Of a stretch of DNA of 64,000 nt, positions 52,234 through 64,000 are shown in pieces. Below the pieces are notes generated by a model. That model ran no database searches. It was not told where the DNA came from and was given only the letters and a program-made list of their open reading frames with translations. This stretch comes from Squalus acanthias (lineage: Eukaryota): positions 310,001 through 374,000 of the forward strand of contig JASTWF010000326.1 in the NCBI GenBank assembly GCA_030390025.1. Reading direction: 5' to 3'. Position 1 is the first letter of the stretch; each line of letters begins with the position of its first letter. The position numbers and the translations under genes were made by a program.

Positions 52234-53310
52234 TTAAACATTTTTAACTGTTCCTAATATATATGATATAAATAACATGACCAACTTGCAAATAGTGAGA
52301 TATACAAACATGATGGTGGGCTGGAGCTTCCTTTGAGGAGTTGCCTTCCTCCTGCGGCTGGACAGTGGGTGGGGAGGGAGTGGGGCGGTGGGGGTGGCAC
52401 TTGATGGACCTGTGGGAGAGTAAAGAGATGAATTAGAAGTGTTATAATAAGAATGGGTAACATTATCATTATGCACATGATAACATTTCACTGGATGCTG
52501 ACATCAGTCACCATATGAGTGACTGTTGTATGCCATGTGGCTGTATAAGATTTAATTCTGTCACCAAGTTGCTGGGAGGTCCCACTCTCCCCGTCTCCCA
52601 CTGCCAGCAGCTCTGCAACTCCAGAGATCTCTTGGGCCTCCTCCTCTGCTGGAGTCAAATGACTGAAGACTGGAGGGCCACCTCCGGTTCTCTGCCTCTC
52701 CCTATTGTTGTGTGCTCTCTTCTCCTGCAAAGAGGAAAAGAAGAGAAGTTTGAGTGAGAGTGATGGAATGAGTGTAAGGAATGGATGGGCTACATCTGTA
52801 GAGGGTGATTATGAGAGAGTGGCGTGACATTGCCAGATGGTCTCCTTCTGTGGTGTTACTTGCTATGATTGCATTAGGATGAGGGTGAGTGTCAGTGGTG
52901 GTTAGTCAGATGGGGATGTGAGTAGGTACATAGACAGAGACAGAGAGGGATGAGTGGACCTGCAAGGTAGGTTGGTGTGAGGAATGATGTGTAGGAGTAG
53001 TTTGGGAAGACAGAGTCATAGGCTTGGGGTGACAGGCACATCAGGATGTAGGTGAGTGTGGCATTGCACTCACCTTTCCTGACCTCATGAGATCATTGAA
53101 TCTTTTCTGGCACTGGGTCCACGTCCTCCTCACGACATCCCTGCTACTGACCTCCTCTGCGATCTCCAGCCATGCCCTTTTTGTCTCTTTAGGTGGTCGT
53201 TTTCGTCGATCGCCAGGGAAGAGGACCTCCCTGCATGCTCTTACTGCCTGCACCAGGACTTCCAGGGAGGCATCTGTGAATCTTGGCACTGCCCTCTGTC
53301 TTGTCTCCAT
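52234..53310 (-). CDS. Three-exon Harbinger-type Myb/SANT-like DNA-binding protein gene (NAIF1/MSANTD-like); exons 53310-53074, 52724-52565, 52409-52234
   Basis: RAVPRFTDASLEVLV...VLFP...AWLEIAEEVS...RTWTQCQKRFNDL, then RERQRTGGGPP. Splice sites AAG|GTGAGT, TTTGCAG|, TTG|GTGACA, CCCACAG| are phase-compatible and give a 190-aa open frame. The last ~25 codons probably come from flanking DNA. Function not shown. Confidence 0.75.
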
Positions 53311-53619
53311 GGCCCACAGTTTTGTCAGTTTTATTGCGTTATTGAGACCTCTGGAAACCACCTTCTGCACTCCTACATCAACCTTCAAATGAGATGTGTG
53401 CAAGGCTGCTTTAAATATCTACGCTGAGAATGAGTAATCGGTGATGTCATCAGACTCGCTACATTTAATTGGACCAGGAAAGGCGCATGACTGTTTTAAT
53501 TGGGGCCATTGAGTTAAGTGCGCAGTGCAGAACACGCTGTTCAAATCTTCAGGTTCCTGACCCGCTACGTGGCCCAAACGCACACAACCCGACTCCAAGG
53601 TAAAGATTCCAAACAATGA

Positions 53620-54459
53620 GTGTGCAAAGGGATATAGACAGGTTAAATGAGTGGGCAAGAAGGTGACAGATGGAGTATAATGTGGGAATGTGAGGTTATT
53701 CACTTTGGTAGGAAGAATAGAAAAACAGAATATTTTAAAAATGTTATTTAGAGAGATTTGGGTGTCATTGTACTCAAAGCACAGAATGTTAATATGCAGG
53801 TACAGCAGGCAATTAGGAAGGCAAATGGAATGTTGGCTTTTATTGCAAGGGGGTTGGAGTAAAAGAGTAAGGAAGTCTTGCTGCAATTGTACAGGGCTTT
53901 GGTGAGACCATACCTGGAGTACTTTGTACAGTTTTGGTCTCTGTACCTAAGGAAGGATATACTTGCCTTAGAGGGGGTGCAACCAAGGTTCACTAGATTG
54001 ATTCCTGGGATGAGCGGGTTGTCCTATGAGGAGAGATTGAGTAGAATGGGCCTATACTGTCTGGAGTTTAGAAGAATGAGAGGTGATCTTATTGAAACAC
54101 GTAAGATTCTGAGAGGGCTTGAGAGGCTGTTTCCCCTGGATGGAGAGACTAGAACTAGGGGTCATAGTCTCAGGATAAGGAGTCGGCCATTTTGGACTGA
54201 GATTAGGAGAAATTTCTTCACTCTAGAGAGTTGTGAATCTTTGCAATTCTCTACCACAGAAGGTTGTGGATGCTCAGTCGTTGAGTATATTCAAGGCTGA
54301 GATCGATAGATTTTTGGACTCTAGGGGAATCAAGTGATATGTGGATCAGGTGGGAAAGTGGAGTTGAACTCGAAGATCAGCCATGATCTTATTGAATGGC
54401 AGACCAGGCTTGAGGGGCCAAATGGCCTACTCCTGCTCTTATTTCAAATGTTCTTATGT
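53620..54459 (+). mobile_element. CR1 LINE 3' portion
   Basis: ORF 53878-54300 (LYRALVRPYLEY, RRMRGDLIE, TRGHSLR); TTCTTATG tail. Confidence 0.9.
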
Positions 54460-55332
54460 TTGCACAATTTGTGCAAAAGGCTCATTTATTGCAAATTAGA
54501 TGACCGCCCCTTAATGTGGCTGGAGAGCCTGAGCAGCACTTTAGCTGCACAATTCCCATTTGTAATGGTTGCTGAAGGTTGGGCCACCATTACATTTTTT
54601 TAAATTAAATTGGCCGCTCCTGACCCCTTGCCCCCTTTGCCTGGTGCTCCCCGCCCCCTCCTGCCATGCCTCTGACTCCATTCACTCAAACTCTGCTCCT
54701 GTGGACAACAGGCAGATCGCAGACCTTCACTGATTGCTGCAGCCCAACATGCTGCCCCCGTGCCCCAGGCAATTTGTGAGAGTATCACAAGATTATGTAA
54801 ATATGCTGACCTTGCCTTACTTGGTTCGGCTAGTCTATTTGTGTGCAAGTGCATAGAACACCAACACATCAGACTACATTATCCACATATCCAAAGGTAA
54901 GGTGGTCTAGTATCACCTGGTAAATTATTGCTGTTCCTCCCACAAATCCCCATTAGTTATATTCTTTTTGAAGAAGGATGTACTCTAGGATTTAATACTC
55001 TGCCCTGTTGGCTGTTACAGAAAATATTTGCCTTATTTCAGGGAACTAGAACTCTTTTCACTGTTGGTTAAAATATACTTTAATGAAACAATTTCAAATA
55101 GATAACAGTACACATATGAAGGAAAATTTTTATGTCAGCATGCACTCAATAAAGTAATCAGATAACCAGTAGAAACAGCTTTAAAAAAGTATTTGAAGCA
55201 CTTTATCGAGATGAAAAGGTTCCTTTAATTTACAGTAGGCACCGGCACCATCTGCTTATTATTGGCAGACTGGCTTTCCATCCAGGTATTTAATGCAGAT
55301 TTCACTGTATGAATTCAATACCCCCAAATAAT

Positions 55333-56092
55333 GGCTTGGATTTTGCAGTCAGCGGTGAAGTGATGCCGCTCACCACTGACCTCAAAGAAAGCTGCCCATA
55401 AAGATATAGCGATCTCTGTGGCATCGATTTCACCTTTCCTGACATTAATTTGAATCTGACGCCAAGTCGAGGGGGTCTCCAGCGTCCAGCAACAGGGATG
55501 TCATCAAGCTGGCTAAGCAGCCAATCACATTGAAGAATTCTCACAGACAGCAAACAAGGGAGTAAAATGCACTGATTTTCCTTCACTTTTTAATTATTTT
55601 ACAGAGAGCAAAATAAAAATTGGGACATACACATGGGATTAAGGTAGAAGCTGAAATATCATAAACAAACTATTAAAAAAATTATTTAAAAAAACATGGA
55701 TTTTTATCACAATGGCAAAATTTGACATTCCACAAATATAAAATTAGTTTTTCAGGGCCACAACTGTTGTTCTGCAGTAATTATGACTCAGTACACCATT
55801 AAAAACCCAGTTACACCATATTAAACAAGGCTTAACTTTTTGGGGGTTTTTTAAGACAGATATTCCAGCATAAAAGCTTAAGTTCTCATCAGTTCAGTGA
55901 TTTCAACTGATTGCCAGCTGTGGGGAGTTCAACAGCATGCCCTGTGGAGGAGAGGAAACGACTGACAGCAACTTCTGGATTTCCATGTTTAACTGCGCAT
56001 GTGCATACTCCAGAAGTTGTTGTCAGATTCACAGTTATAATGATGGCGAATGCTGGCAGTTTTGCCGTCATTACAAAGGCAAATTTTGGGCC
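55333..56092. mobile_element. Harbinger-like non-autonomous element with AAT TSD
   Basis: AAT|GGCTTGGATTTTGC ... GCAAATTTTGGGCC|AAT; right arm homologous to the arms of 3162-4479. Confidence 0.8.
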
Positions 56093-57079
56093 AATATCTC
56101 CAAATACTTCCAAATTTCAAAGCTTATATATCTTGGTAACATTTCCAGAATAATAGATTTCATGTATTTATACTCCATTTGGTTTTCCCTTTGTACTTTG
56201 CCAGCGAGAACAATTTATTGGCACGAATAGTAATTTTGTTTTAATTCTCATTGTATCATTTTGCCTATAATGAAAAGCATGACAAAGAAAGTCAAATTAT
56301 ATCAAGTGGCGGGATCAGGTAAGTGCAGCTGTGGAATTTTTCTGTTTCTTTCTCTATCACAATTACAGATCAATTGTTCCTGAACAATTCTGTCACTTCT
56401 TATTTCACAAAACTATAGAATCTAACAATGACCTACAGGCAACATTTATTCACTGTTTGTATTAAACAGAGACGCTCAATATATGAGGCTAAAGTTCATA
56501 ACTAAAACAACATTTACTGGAGCTTTTCAGTTAGAAAGGTCTTCACATTAATGCAGTTCTGATTACAGATGGTGAAATGTGCAGCCCTTTGTTACTTTAA
56601 GTGGTAGGAGAACTGGTACCACCCACTAATCTCTCATGGCTATACTTTATACTGTACTATTAAAGTAAAATCAGCAGAATACTGGATAAAATACGGCAAC
56701 AGAACCTGTTGCAATATTTGGACTATTTAGAGTTTTTTTGCCATTCTAAACGTGGAGTGCAAACAATAATGAAAAATTTGAAAAAACTGTAAACATTAGT
56801 TTGTTAAGACCTATTGAAGCCTTTTTAATAATGCCTTCTCCCATTGAATGAAATGATAATTAATGAGGTGGGAACTAGCGCTCTAGCTGAGTTGCAATTA
56901 ACATATTGACAGGGCAACAACAGTAGCATCTGTCAGCAGAGAGTTATCATTGGACTTTTGGAAAGGAGGCTAAGTGCCTCTTTTAAGCTACATGGCAGTG
57001 CCTCATTGACAGAGGTGGATTGTGGCCCAGCAGCACAGACTGCATTGAAAATTCCCATAGAGAACACTAACGAATAGCA

Positions 57080-59965
57080 CAGGTCCTGTAGAATGGGAAA
57101 GATACAAAGAACAGCAAAGGGTCACAAAACAGGTTGTAAGATCTACAAAAAAGGAGTATCAAAATCAATACGAAGAATTTTTACAATTACATTCGGAAAC
57201 AGAGGGTAGTCAGGAGCAATGTTGGCCCCTTAAAAACTGAAATTGGTAATATTGTCAGTTATAATAAGGAAATGGCGGACATGTTGAATAATTACTTTGC
57301 GTCAGTATTTACAGTAGAGGAAGAGGATAGCATGCCAGAAATCCCAAGGAAACTAATATTGAATCAGGGACTCAACAAAATTAACGTAAGTAAAATAACA
57401 GTAATGAAGAAAATAATGGTACTAAAGAGTGACAAATCCCCAGGACCAGATGGTTTCCATCCCAGGAATTTAACGGAAGTAGGTGAGCATATTGCAGATG
57501 CCCTAATTATAATCTTCCAAAGTTCTCTCGATTCAGGAATCGTTCCTTTAGATTGGAAAATTGCGCATGTCACTCTGCTATTTAAGAATGGTGAGAGAGG
57601 GAAACCAGGGAATTATAGATCAGTTAGCCTAACATCTGTTGTCAGGAAATTGCGAGAGTCTATAATTACGGATAGGGTGATTGAACACCTCGAAAATTTT
57701 CAATTGATCAGAAAGAGCCAGCATGGATTTCTGAAAGGTAGGTCATTCCTGACAAACCTGATTTGAATTTTTTGAAGAGGTGACTAAAATAGTGGACAGG
57801 GGAATGTCTATGGATGTTATTTATCTGGACTTCCAGAAGGCATTTGATAAAGTCCCACATAAGAGACTGTTATCTGACATAGAAGCCCACGGAATTGAGG
57901 GCAAATTATTGACCTGGTTAGGAAATTGGCTGAGCGTCAGGAGACAGAGAATAGGGATAGCAGGTAGGTACTCAAATTGGCAGGATGTGAATAGTGGTGT
58001 CCCGCAGGGATCTGTGTTGGGGCCTCAACTATTCACAATATTTATTAATGACTTAGAAGATGGCATAGAAAGTCATATATCCAAATTTGCCGATGACACA
58101 AAGATAGGCAGCATTGTAGGCAGTGTAGATGAAAGCATAAAATTACAAAAGGATATTGATAGATTAAGAGAATGGGCAAAACTGTGGCAAATGAATTTCA
58201 ATGTAAGCAAATGTGAGGTCATCCACTTTGGACCTAAAAAGGATAGAACAGGGTGCTTTCTAAATGGTGAAAAGCTAAAAACAGTGGATGTCCACAGAGA
58301 CTTGGGCATCCAGGTACATAGATCATTAAACTATCATGAACAGGTACAGAAAATAATCAAAAAGGCTAATGGAATGCTGGCCTTTATATCTAGAGGACGA
58401 GAATACAAGGGGATAGAAGTTACGCTGCAGCTATTCAAAACCCTGGTTAGACCACACCTGGAGTACTGTGTGCAGTTCTGGGCACCACACCTTAGGAAGG
58501 ATATATTGGCCTTGGAGGGAGTGCAGCGCAGGTTTACCAGAAGGATATCCAGACTTCAAGGGTTAAGTTTTTTTAATTCGCTTATGGGACCTGGGCATCG
58601 CTGGCAAGGCCAGCATTTATTGCCCATCCCTAGTTGCCCTTGAGAAAGTGGTGGTGAGCCGCTTTCTTGAACCGCTGCTGTCCATGTGGTGAAGGTACTC
58701 TCACAGTGCTGTTAGGTAGGGAGTTCCAGGATTTTGACCCAGCGACGATGAAGGATCGGCGATATACTTCTAAGTCAGGATGGTGTGTGACTTGGAGGGG
58801 AACTTGGAGGTGGTGGTGTTCCCATGCGCCTGCTGCCCTTGAGCTTCTTGGTAGAAGAGGTCGCGGGTTTGGGAGGTGCTGCTGAAGAAGCCTTGGCGAG
58901 ATGCTGCAGTGCATCTTGTAGATGGTACACACTGCAGCCACGGTACGCCGGTGGTGGAGGGAGTGAATGTTTAAGGTGGTGGATGGAGTGCCAATCCAAT
59001 GGCCTGCTTTGTCCTGGATGGTGTCGAGCTTCTTGAGTGTTGGTGCAGCTGCACTCATCCAGGCAAGTGGAGAGTCCATCACACTCCTTACTTGTGCCTT
59101 GTAGATGGTGGAAAGGTTTTGGGGAGTCAGGAGGTGAGACACTCGCCTCAGAATACCTAGCCTTTGACCTGTTCTTGTTGCCATATTTATGTGGTTGGTC
59201 CAGTTAAGTTTCTGGTCAATGGTAACCCCCAGGATGTTGATGGTGAGGGATTTGGTGATGGTAATGCCGTTGAATGTCAAGGGGAGGTGGTTAGACTCTC
59301 GCTTGTTGGAGATAGTCATTGCCTGGCACTTCTGTGGCGCGAATGTTGCCTGCCACTTATCAGCCCAAGCCTGAACATCGTCCAGGTCTTGTTGCATGCG
59401 GGCATGGACTGCTTCATTATCTGAGGAGTTGTGAATGGTGCTGAACACTGTGCAGTCATCAGCGAACATCCCCATTTCTGACCTTATGTTGGAGAGAAGG
59501 TCATTGATGAAGCAGCTGAAGATGGTTGGGCCTAGGACGAGAAGAGATTACACAAATTAAGATTATGTTCCCTAGAATTTAGAAGGTTATGGGGTGATCT
59601 GATTGAAGTTTTCAAGATATTAAGGGGAACAGATAGGGTTGATGGAGAGAAACTATTTCCGCTGGTTGGGGATTCTAGGAGTAGGGGGGCATAGTCTAAA
59701 AATTAGAGCCAGACCTTTCAGGAGTGAAATTAGGAAACACTTCTACACACAAAAGAACTCTCTTCTGCAAATGACAACTAATGCTAGATAAATTGTTGAT
59801 TTTAAATCTGAGATTGATAGCTTTTTGTTAACCAAAGGTATTAAAGGAAATAGGCCAAAGACGGGTATATGGAATTAGGTCGCAGATCAGCCGTGATCTC
59901 ATTGAATGGCAGAACAGGCTCGAGAGGCTGAATGGCCTACTCCTGTTCCTGTGTTCCTATGTTCC
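57080..59965 (+). mobile_element. CR1 LINE (RT and 3' end) interrupted by an antisense LINE
   Basis: ORFs 57272-57766 and 57780-58643; CR1 resumes at ~59539 (ERLHKLRL..LEFRRL.GDLIE); GTTCCTAT tail. Confidence 0.9.
58568..59538 (-). mobile_element. Second-family LINE 3' portion nested in CR1
   Basis: ORF 58630-59475 (MFADDCTVF, WADKWQATF, YKAQVRS); T-run tail at ~58570. Confidence 0.9.
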
Positions 59966-60439
59966 TTACTACCTGTGACAGTTCAGCATTTTTGATTATT
60001 TTTTTTCATGGAAAGGATTAGAACATGCCAACCTCTTTCAAGACTGGGTGGGCCAAACCTGGACGGCCTCCTAATCATTGAAAATTAATGGGATGGCCAT
60101 CTTGATAGCAAACATTTGCTCCACACATATAACTGGCTACGCCACTGTTAACAATCCATGTCCCAAGCAAAGACACCCTTACATTTCCTGCACATATAGA
60201 AGACACAGTGATAATGGATTGAGGTCTGAAGTATATGCCATCCGCACACCTGGTGACTGCAGCAGTCCGCATTCAATGCAGTGTCGTACGTCTTGTAGAT
60301 GGGTGGCATGTCTTGCATTCAATAGGGCAGGATTTCACCTTCTCTGACCTGCAGAAGTCATACTCCAACTACGGTCTCTAACGGAGGGTCTGAGTCTGGG
60401 GGCCTGCTCCCTACAGAAAACTTTGATTTTTCAAACTAT

Positions 60440-60622
60440 GGAGCAAAATTTCCGTAGGGTTCTCCTGATCAGCCACGGTAACTTTGGTGCAAGATCGGTG
60501 GGAACCCCAGAAAAATGGTATGAATGGCTGATTATAGCCATTTATGCTGTTTTTCCGGGGTTTCCACTCATCTCCTGCCTAAGTTACTGCAGTAGATCGG
60601 ACGAATTGCCATGGAAATTCCA
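60440..60622. repeat. ~180-bp imperfect palindrome (fold-back MITE)
   Basis: Centre AATGGCT-GATTAT-AGCCATT; arms GGAACCCCAGAAAAA / TTTTTCCGGGGTTTCC, GTAACTT / AAGTTAC, AATTTCC / GGAAATT. Confidence 0.75.
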
Positions 60623-62203
60623 GTTGTATATCTGATGTAATTTCTAGCATTTTGGAATAGACTATTTATATATGCTTCAGTATTTTAGGTTTGATTTTCA
60701 TTCGAGGCATGTTCATACCAGAAGGAGTGTGGAGCGGGACAGAATCTCCGCAGAGAGTACAGCCTGAGGCCTGGGCCATTTGAACTCCTGGGCCTCATTT
60801 AAATACTTCACCATTGTCTCCCACCCAAAACCGACGGGAGTGACGTCAGGGCCAGAGCTGAAATTGGTTTGAGAGAATGAGAAATCTGGGGACCTAAAGA
60901 AACGGTCCCCAGCATGAATTTAATGAATTCTATAGGTGTGCTGGCGCTGTATGGGAGAGGCAAGGCCAGGGAGGCCCAAGGACTCCTTACAGCACCTGGG
61001 GGTACGCTCCTGCTCTTCCTGGCCCACAAGTATTCCTCAGAAAACTAGAATTGTTATACTTACCTTGGCCTCTTCTGGCCAGGTCTTGCTGTTGGGTTTG
61101 GCCATGCAGGCCTCCCGAGATTTAAAATGGTGTTGCATCACCGAAGACATCATCGGTTTGCGACTTTTGCATGTAAAGTAGCGTGGGGCAGACAGTCCTC
61201 CTTTGCCTTTTCTGAGGTCAGTTTAGGATGGTGCAGGGCAGGAACACCTCAGGAAGATGGCACGACTCCCCTGCCATCTTAGGCCATCCTGCCTACAATG
61301 TTCTCGCTGGCTGGGTATGAGAATATACCTCAATAAGCTAAACTGAAAGCTATAATGTTGATCCTTATATATTGTATAAGTGCTGTCCACTAATATTGGA
61401 CAAAAATATAGCCAACAGTAAATTCCAGGCTTTGGTCTCAAAATGAGTCATTGATATAACCATATAGCTGTTCTTAGCTGTTCTTACAGTACTGTGACAG
61501 AATCACTGCAGCAGTTACTGTAATGATGAGCTATCTTTCACACTTAATCAGAAGATGGCTGCCATGTTGCCCTGGCCTTGTACGATGTGTCAATTCCCAC
61601 AGGGCCTTGTGTGGGGTGGAGTCTCCACTTGCCCTAAACTTGGCCCATGTGTTTGAGACACAGTTCGCAAGATTAATGACTTCTTCACAAACTCTCTTCT
61701 GATGGTCTGGTGCTGGTAACCCACGCTGTTCAAAAAATAAACATTCTCTGTGGACACCATAACATTAACGAGCTCATCAAATGCTCTGCCAGTAGAATGA
61801 GCTTTGTAATCACATTGCTGAGCTTTAATTCCTATAGAGTTGCAGAATCCGCAGTTGGCTGTCAAGCCTGGCCCATTCTTTTTTGTGATTGAGCAGCCAT
61901 TATAAACCAGCTAAAATGTGCTAATATTGAATTATTGCAAATGTGCCTGGATTGGCCAGAACTCTGGTGTTAACAACAGCAATTTAATTTCCACATACTC
62001 ACCAAATGGAACATAGAAATGAGTCACAATTTTATTTAATTTTCACAAAAATAAAGAAACTTGTGGAGTTTATTACTTCTTGTTTCTAAAAATGCAAAGC
62101 AACCATGGGGCAATTTTAACCCTATCCATCTGGTGGAAACTGCCCCAGTTACTTACCCGCCCTAGCAACCCAGATCTCAGTGGGCCAGTCTACAAAAGAA
62201 CAA

Positions 62204-62506
62204 TGCCGTAATTCCTTTATATTGAGGCAGTCCATGCTGCCACTACTCTTTGGAGCAGAATGTCAGGTGACTGGCTGGATCCTGGGAGATAACGGCTACT
62301 CTCTGTAGCCTTGGCTGATGCCACCTGTGCACTTCCCAAGAATAGGAACATAGCACCGGTATAGGCAGGTCCATTCTGCTACCAGGGTTATCATCAAGCC
62401 TAAATAAGTCTGGGGAAGAGGGAAGGCTATGCAATACAGTCCGGCTTGAGTCTCAAGGATAATGGTGGTGTGCTGCATGACACACAACCTTATTTTGCAA
62501 AGAGGC
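62204..62506 (+). pseudogene. PIF/Harbinger (HARBI1-like) DDE transposase C-terminal remnant
   Basis: One frame reads SFILRQS..GWILGDNGYSL*PWLMPP..RY..VHSATRVII..AMQYSPA*VSRIMVVCCMTHNLILQRG, with in-frame stops and an internal deletion. Confidence 0.85.
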
Positions 62507-63007
62507 CTCCTTGTGGTCTCAGGGATACAGCTGCTCCAGAGGGACCAGTTTCCAGCAGCCTTTCTCTTGCACTGTCAAGAAGTGCTGGTTCCATGTTTGA
62601 AGCTACTTTATCTGTGCCTTAAGGAATGGACCATAAGGAAGCAGGCTCATTGCTACTCTCCAGAACGACAGCAACATCTGTAACCATTGGTGTAGGGCAT
62701 AGGCTTAGAGGTGCTACTGGTCAGTGATGACAAAATTAATTGTCCAAATCCAGTCTTGAAAGTCCTGTGCAAGTATAGCATTCAGGCTGATTCTTAAGGC
62801 ATCTATTGAAGCTGCCACTCCAGAAAACACCAATATCATCACTACCTCTTGCTGGTACCTTGATCCTGCAGAAATCTCTCGGACTGTCCCTCTCTCCAAC
62901 ATATTCTATATTGCATGAGAAATCTTGTACGATGTGTTCCATTTCATCTCAGCCATACACACAAAAGCATGTTCACTGCCTCCACATGAGATCGATGCTC
63001 CCTATGC

Positions 63008-63325
63008 AACACGGTGGCATAGTGGTTAGCACTGTTGCCTCACAGCACCAGGGACCCGGGTTCGAATCCGGCCTCGGGTGACTGTCTGTGTGGAGTTTGC
63101 ACATTCTCCCCGTGTCTGCATGGGTTTCCTCCGGGTGCTCTGGTTTCCTCCCACAGTCCAAAGATGTGCGGGTTAGGTTGATTTGGCTATGATAAATTGA
63201 CCCTTAGTGTTTAGGGGATTATGGGGAATAAATACGTGGGGTTACGGGGATAGGGTGGGATATGTGTCGGTGCAGGCTCGATGGGCCGAAATGGCCTCTA
63301 TCTGCACTGTGGGGATTCTGTGATA
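63008..63325 (+). mobile_element. V-SINE (HE1-type)
   Basis: A-box TGGCATAGTGG, B-box GGTTCGAATCC, V-domain GTGTGGAGTTTGCACATTCTCCCCGTGTCTGC..GGTTTCCTCC, CR1-like tail GATGGGCCGAAATGGCCT. Confidence 0.9.
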
Positions 63326-63924
63326 CTCATTGTTCTTTTGTAGACTGGTCCCCTGACATCTATCTGGGTCCCTAGGCTCCACAGCTGTGGGCCATTGTTT
63401 CTCCACCCTCCATGGAAGAACAACACTCTCCGCCTTTTCCACTCGCAAGCCATCACTCTCACAGGTGTTTAGTGCTTCACCCAGTGAAAACCATTCTGGC
63501 TCACTAACTACTTCCTCCTGAGTAGCTGTCTATGACCTGGTGCTGGAGTAAATGAGATGTTACAACAGGACTCAAGTTCCTCCCTCCCAGTGGCAGCAAA
63601 CCAATGAGTGGCATTACCTCTTCTAACCCATCCTGCGTATACAGTTGGGGCCCTTGGAAGATTAACTGGCAGGTTAACACCAGAGTCATATGGGTAGGTG
63701 GCAGTCTTGCCCTGTCCGACGGTTAAGCTGCGAATCAGAGGAAAATCCAGCCACAAATGTTTGGGAATTTGATGGGCAATTGATTCAGTTGGCCTGATTC
63801 ACTGCTTTGGATCATGAAAAAATTTTTGAAAAAAGGTTTAGTGGTTTCACCTACAGATTAGCAGACGATCAGAATGACATGAAAGATGTTGTCATGACCC
63901 TTCAGATGATTTGTTGATTATTAT

Positions 63925-64000
63925 TGCAGGGCTATGGTGAAAGAGCAGGGAGGTGGGACTAATTGGAGAGCTCTTTCAAAGAGCCGGCACAGGCATGATG
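63925..64000 (+). mobile_element. CR1 3' end running off the window
   Basis: GGGCTATGGTGAAAGAGCAGG...CTCTTTCAAAGAGCCGGCACAG; matches the reverse complement of ~17540-17620. Confidence 0.6.

Noticed and set aside
63008..63085. tRNA gene
   Set aside because: The A/B boxes are the head of a V-SINE; it continues into the V-domain and a LINE-derived tail.

Overview
Eukaryotic, AT-rich, repeat-dense vertebrate DNA. The repeat set (CR1/HER1-type LINEs, an HE1-type V-SINE, DeuSINEs, L2, Tx1, Penelope, Harbinger) points to a cartilaginous fish, probably a shark. The only host-gene element I can support is a CpG-rich promoter and first coding exon on the minus strand at about 34.7-35.0 kb. It encodes a signal peptide (MCFYVVHSIGILGFLFFFAFQ-G, phase-1 donor) resembling IgLON exon 1a, most like LSAMP. 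Positions 1-34,682 would then be part of a very long first intron and positions above 35 kb the upstream flank. Most track ORFs are transposon remnants or their antisense shadows. Highlights: (1) minimal hammerhead ribozymes in Penelope termini, plus a set of ~95-nt ribozyme-tagged inserts with their own TSDs; (2) a three-exon Harbinger Myb/SANT gene whose spliced frame is still open, a decayed Harbinger transposase and many non-autonomous TIR elements, two of which carry clustered GTAAGT splice donors; (3) two Tx1 LINE ends inserted one after the other at the same site; (4) a full-length CR1 with a 73-bp tandem-repeat 5' end. All homology calls come from motif recognition by eye, with no database search. 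Boundaries of decayed repeats are approximate. I found no evidence for a wholly new biological system.
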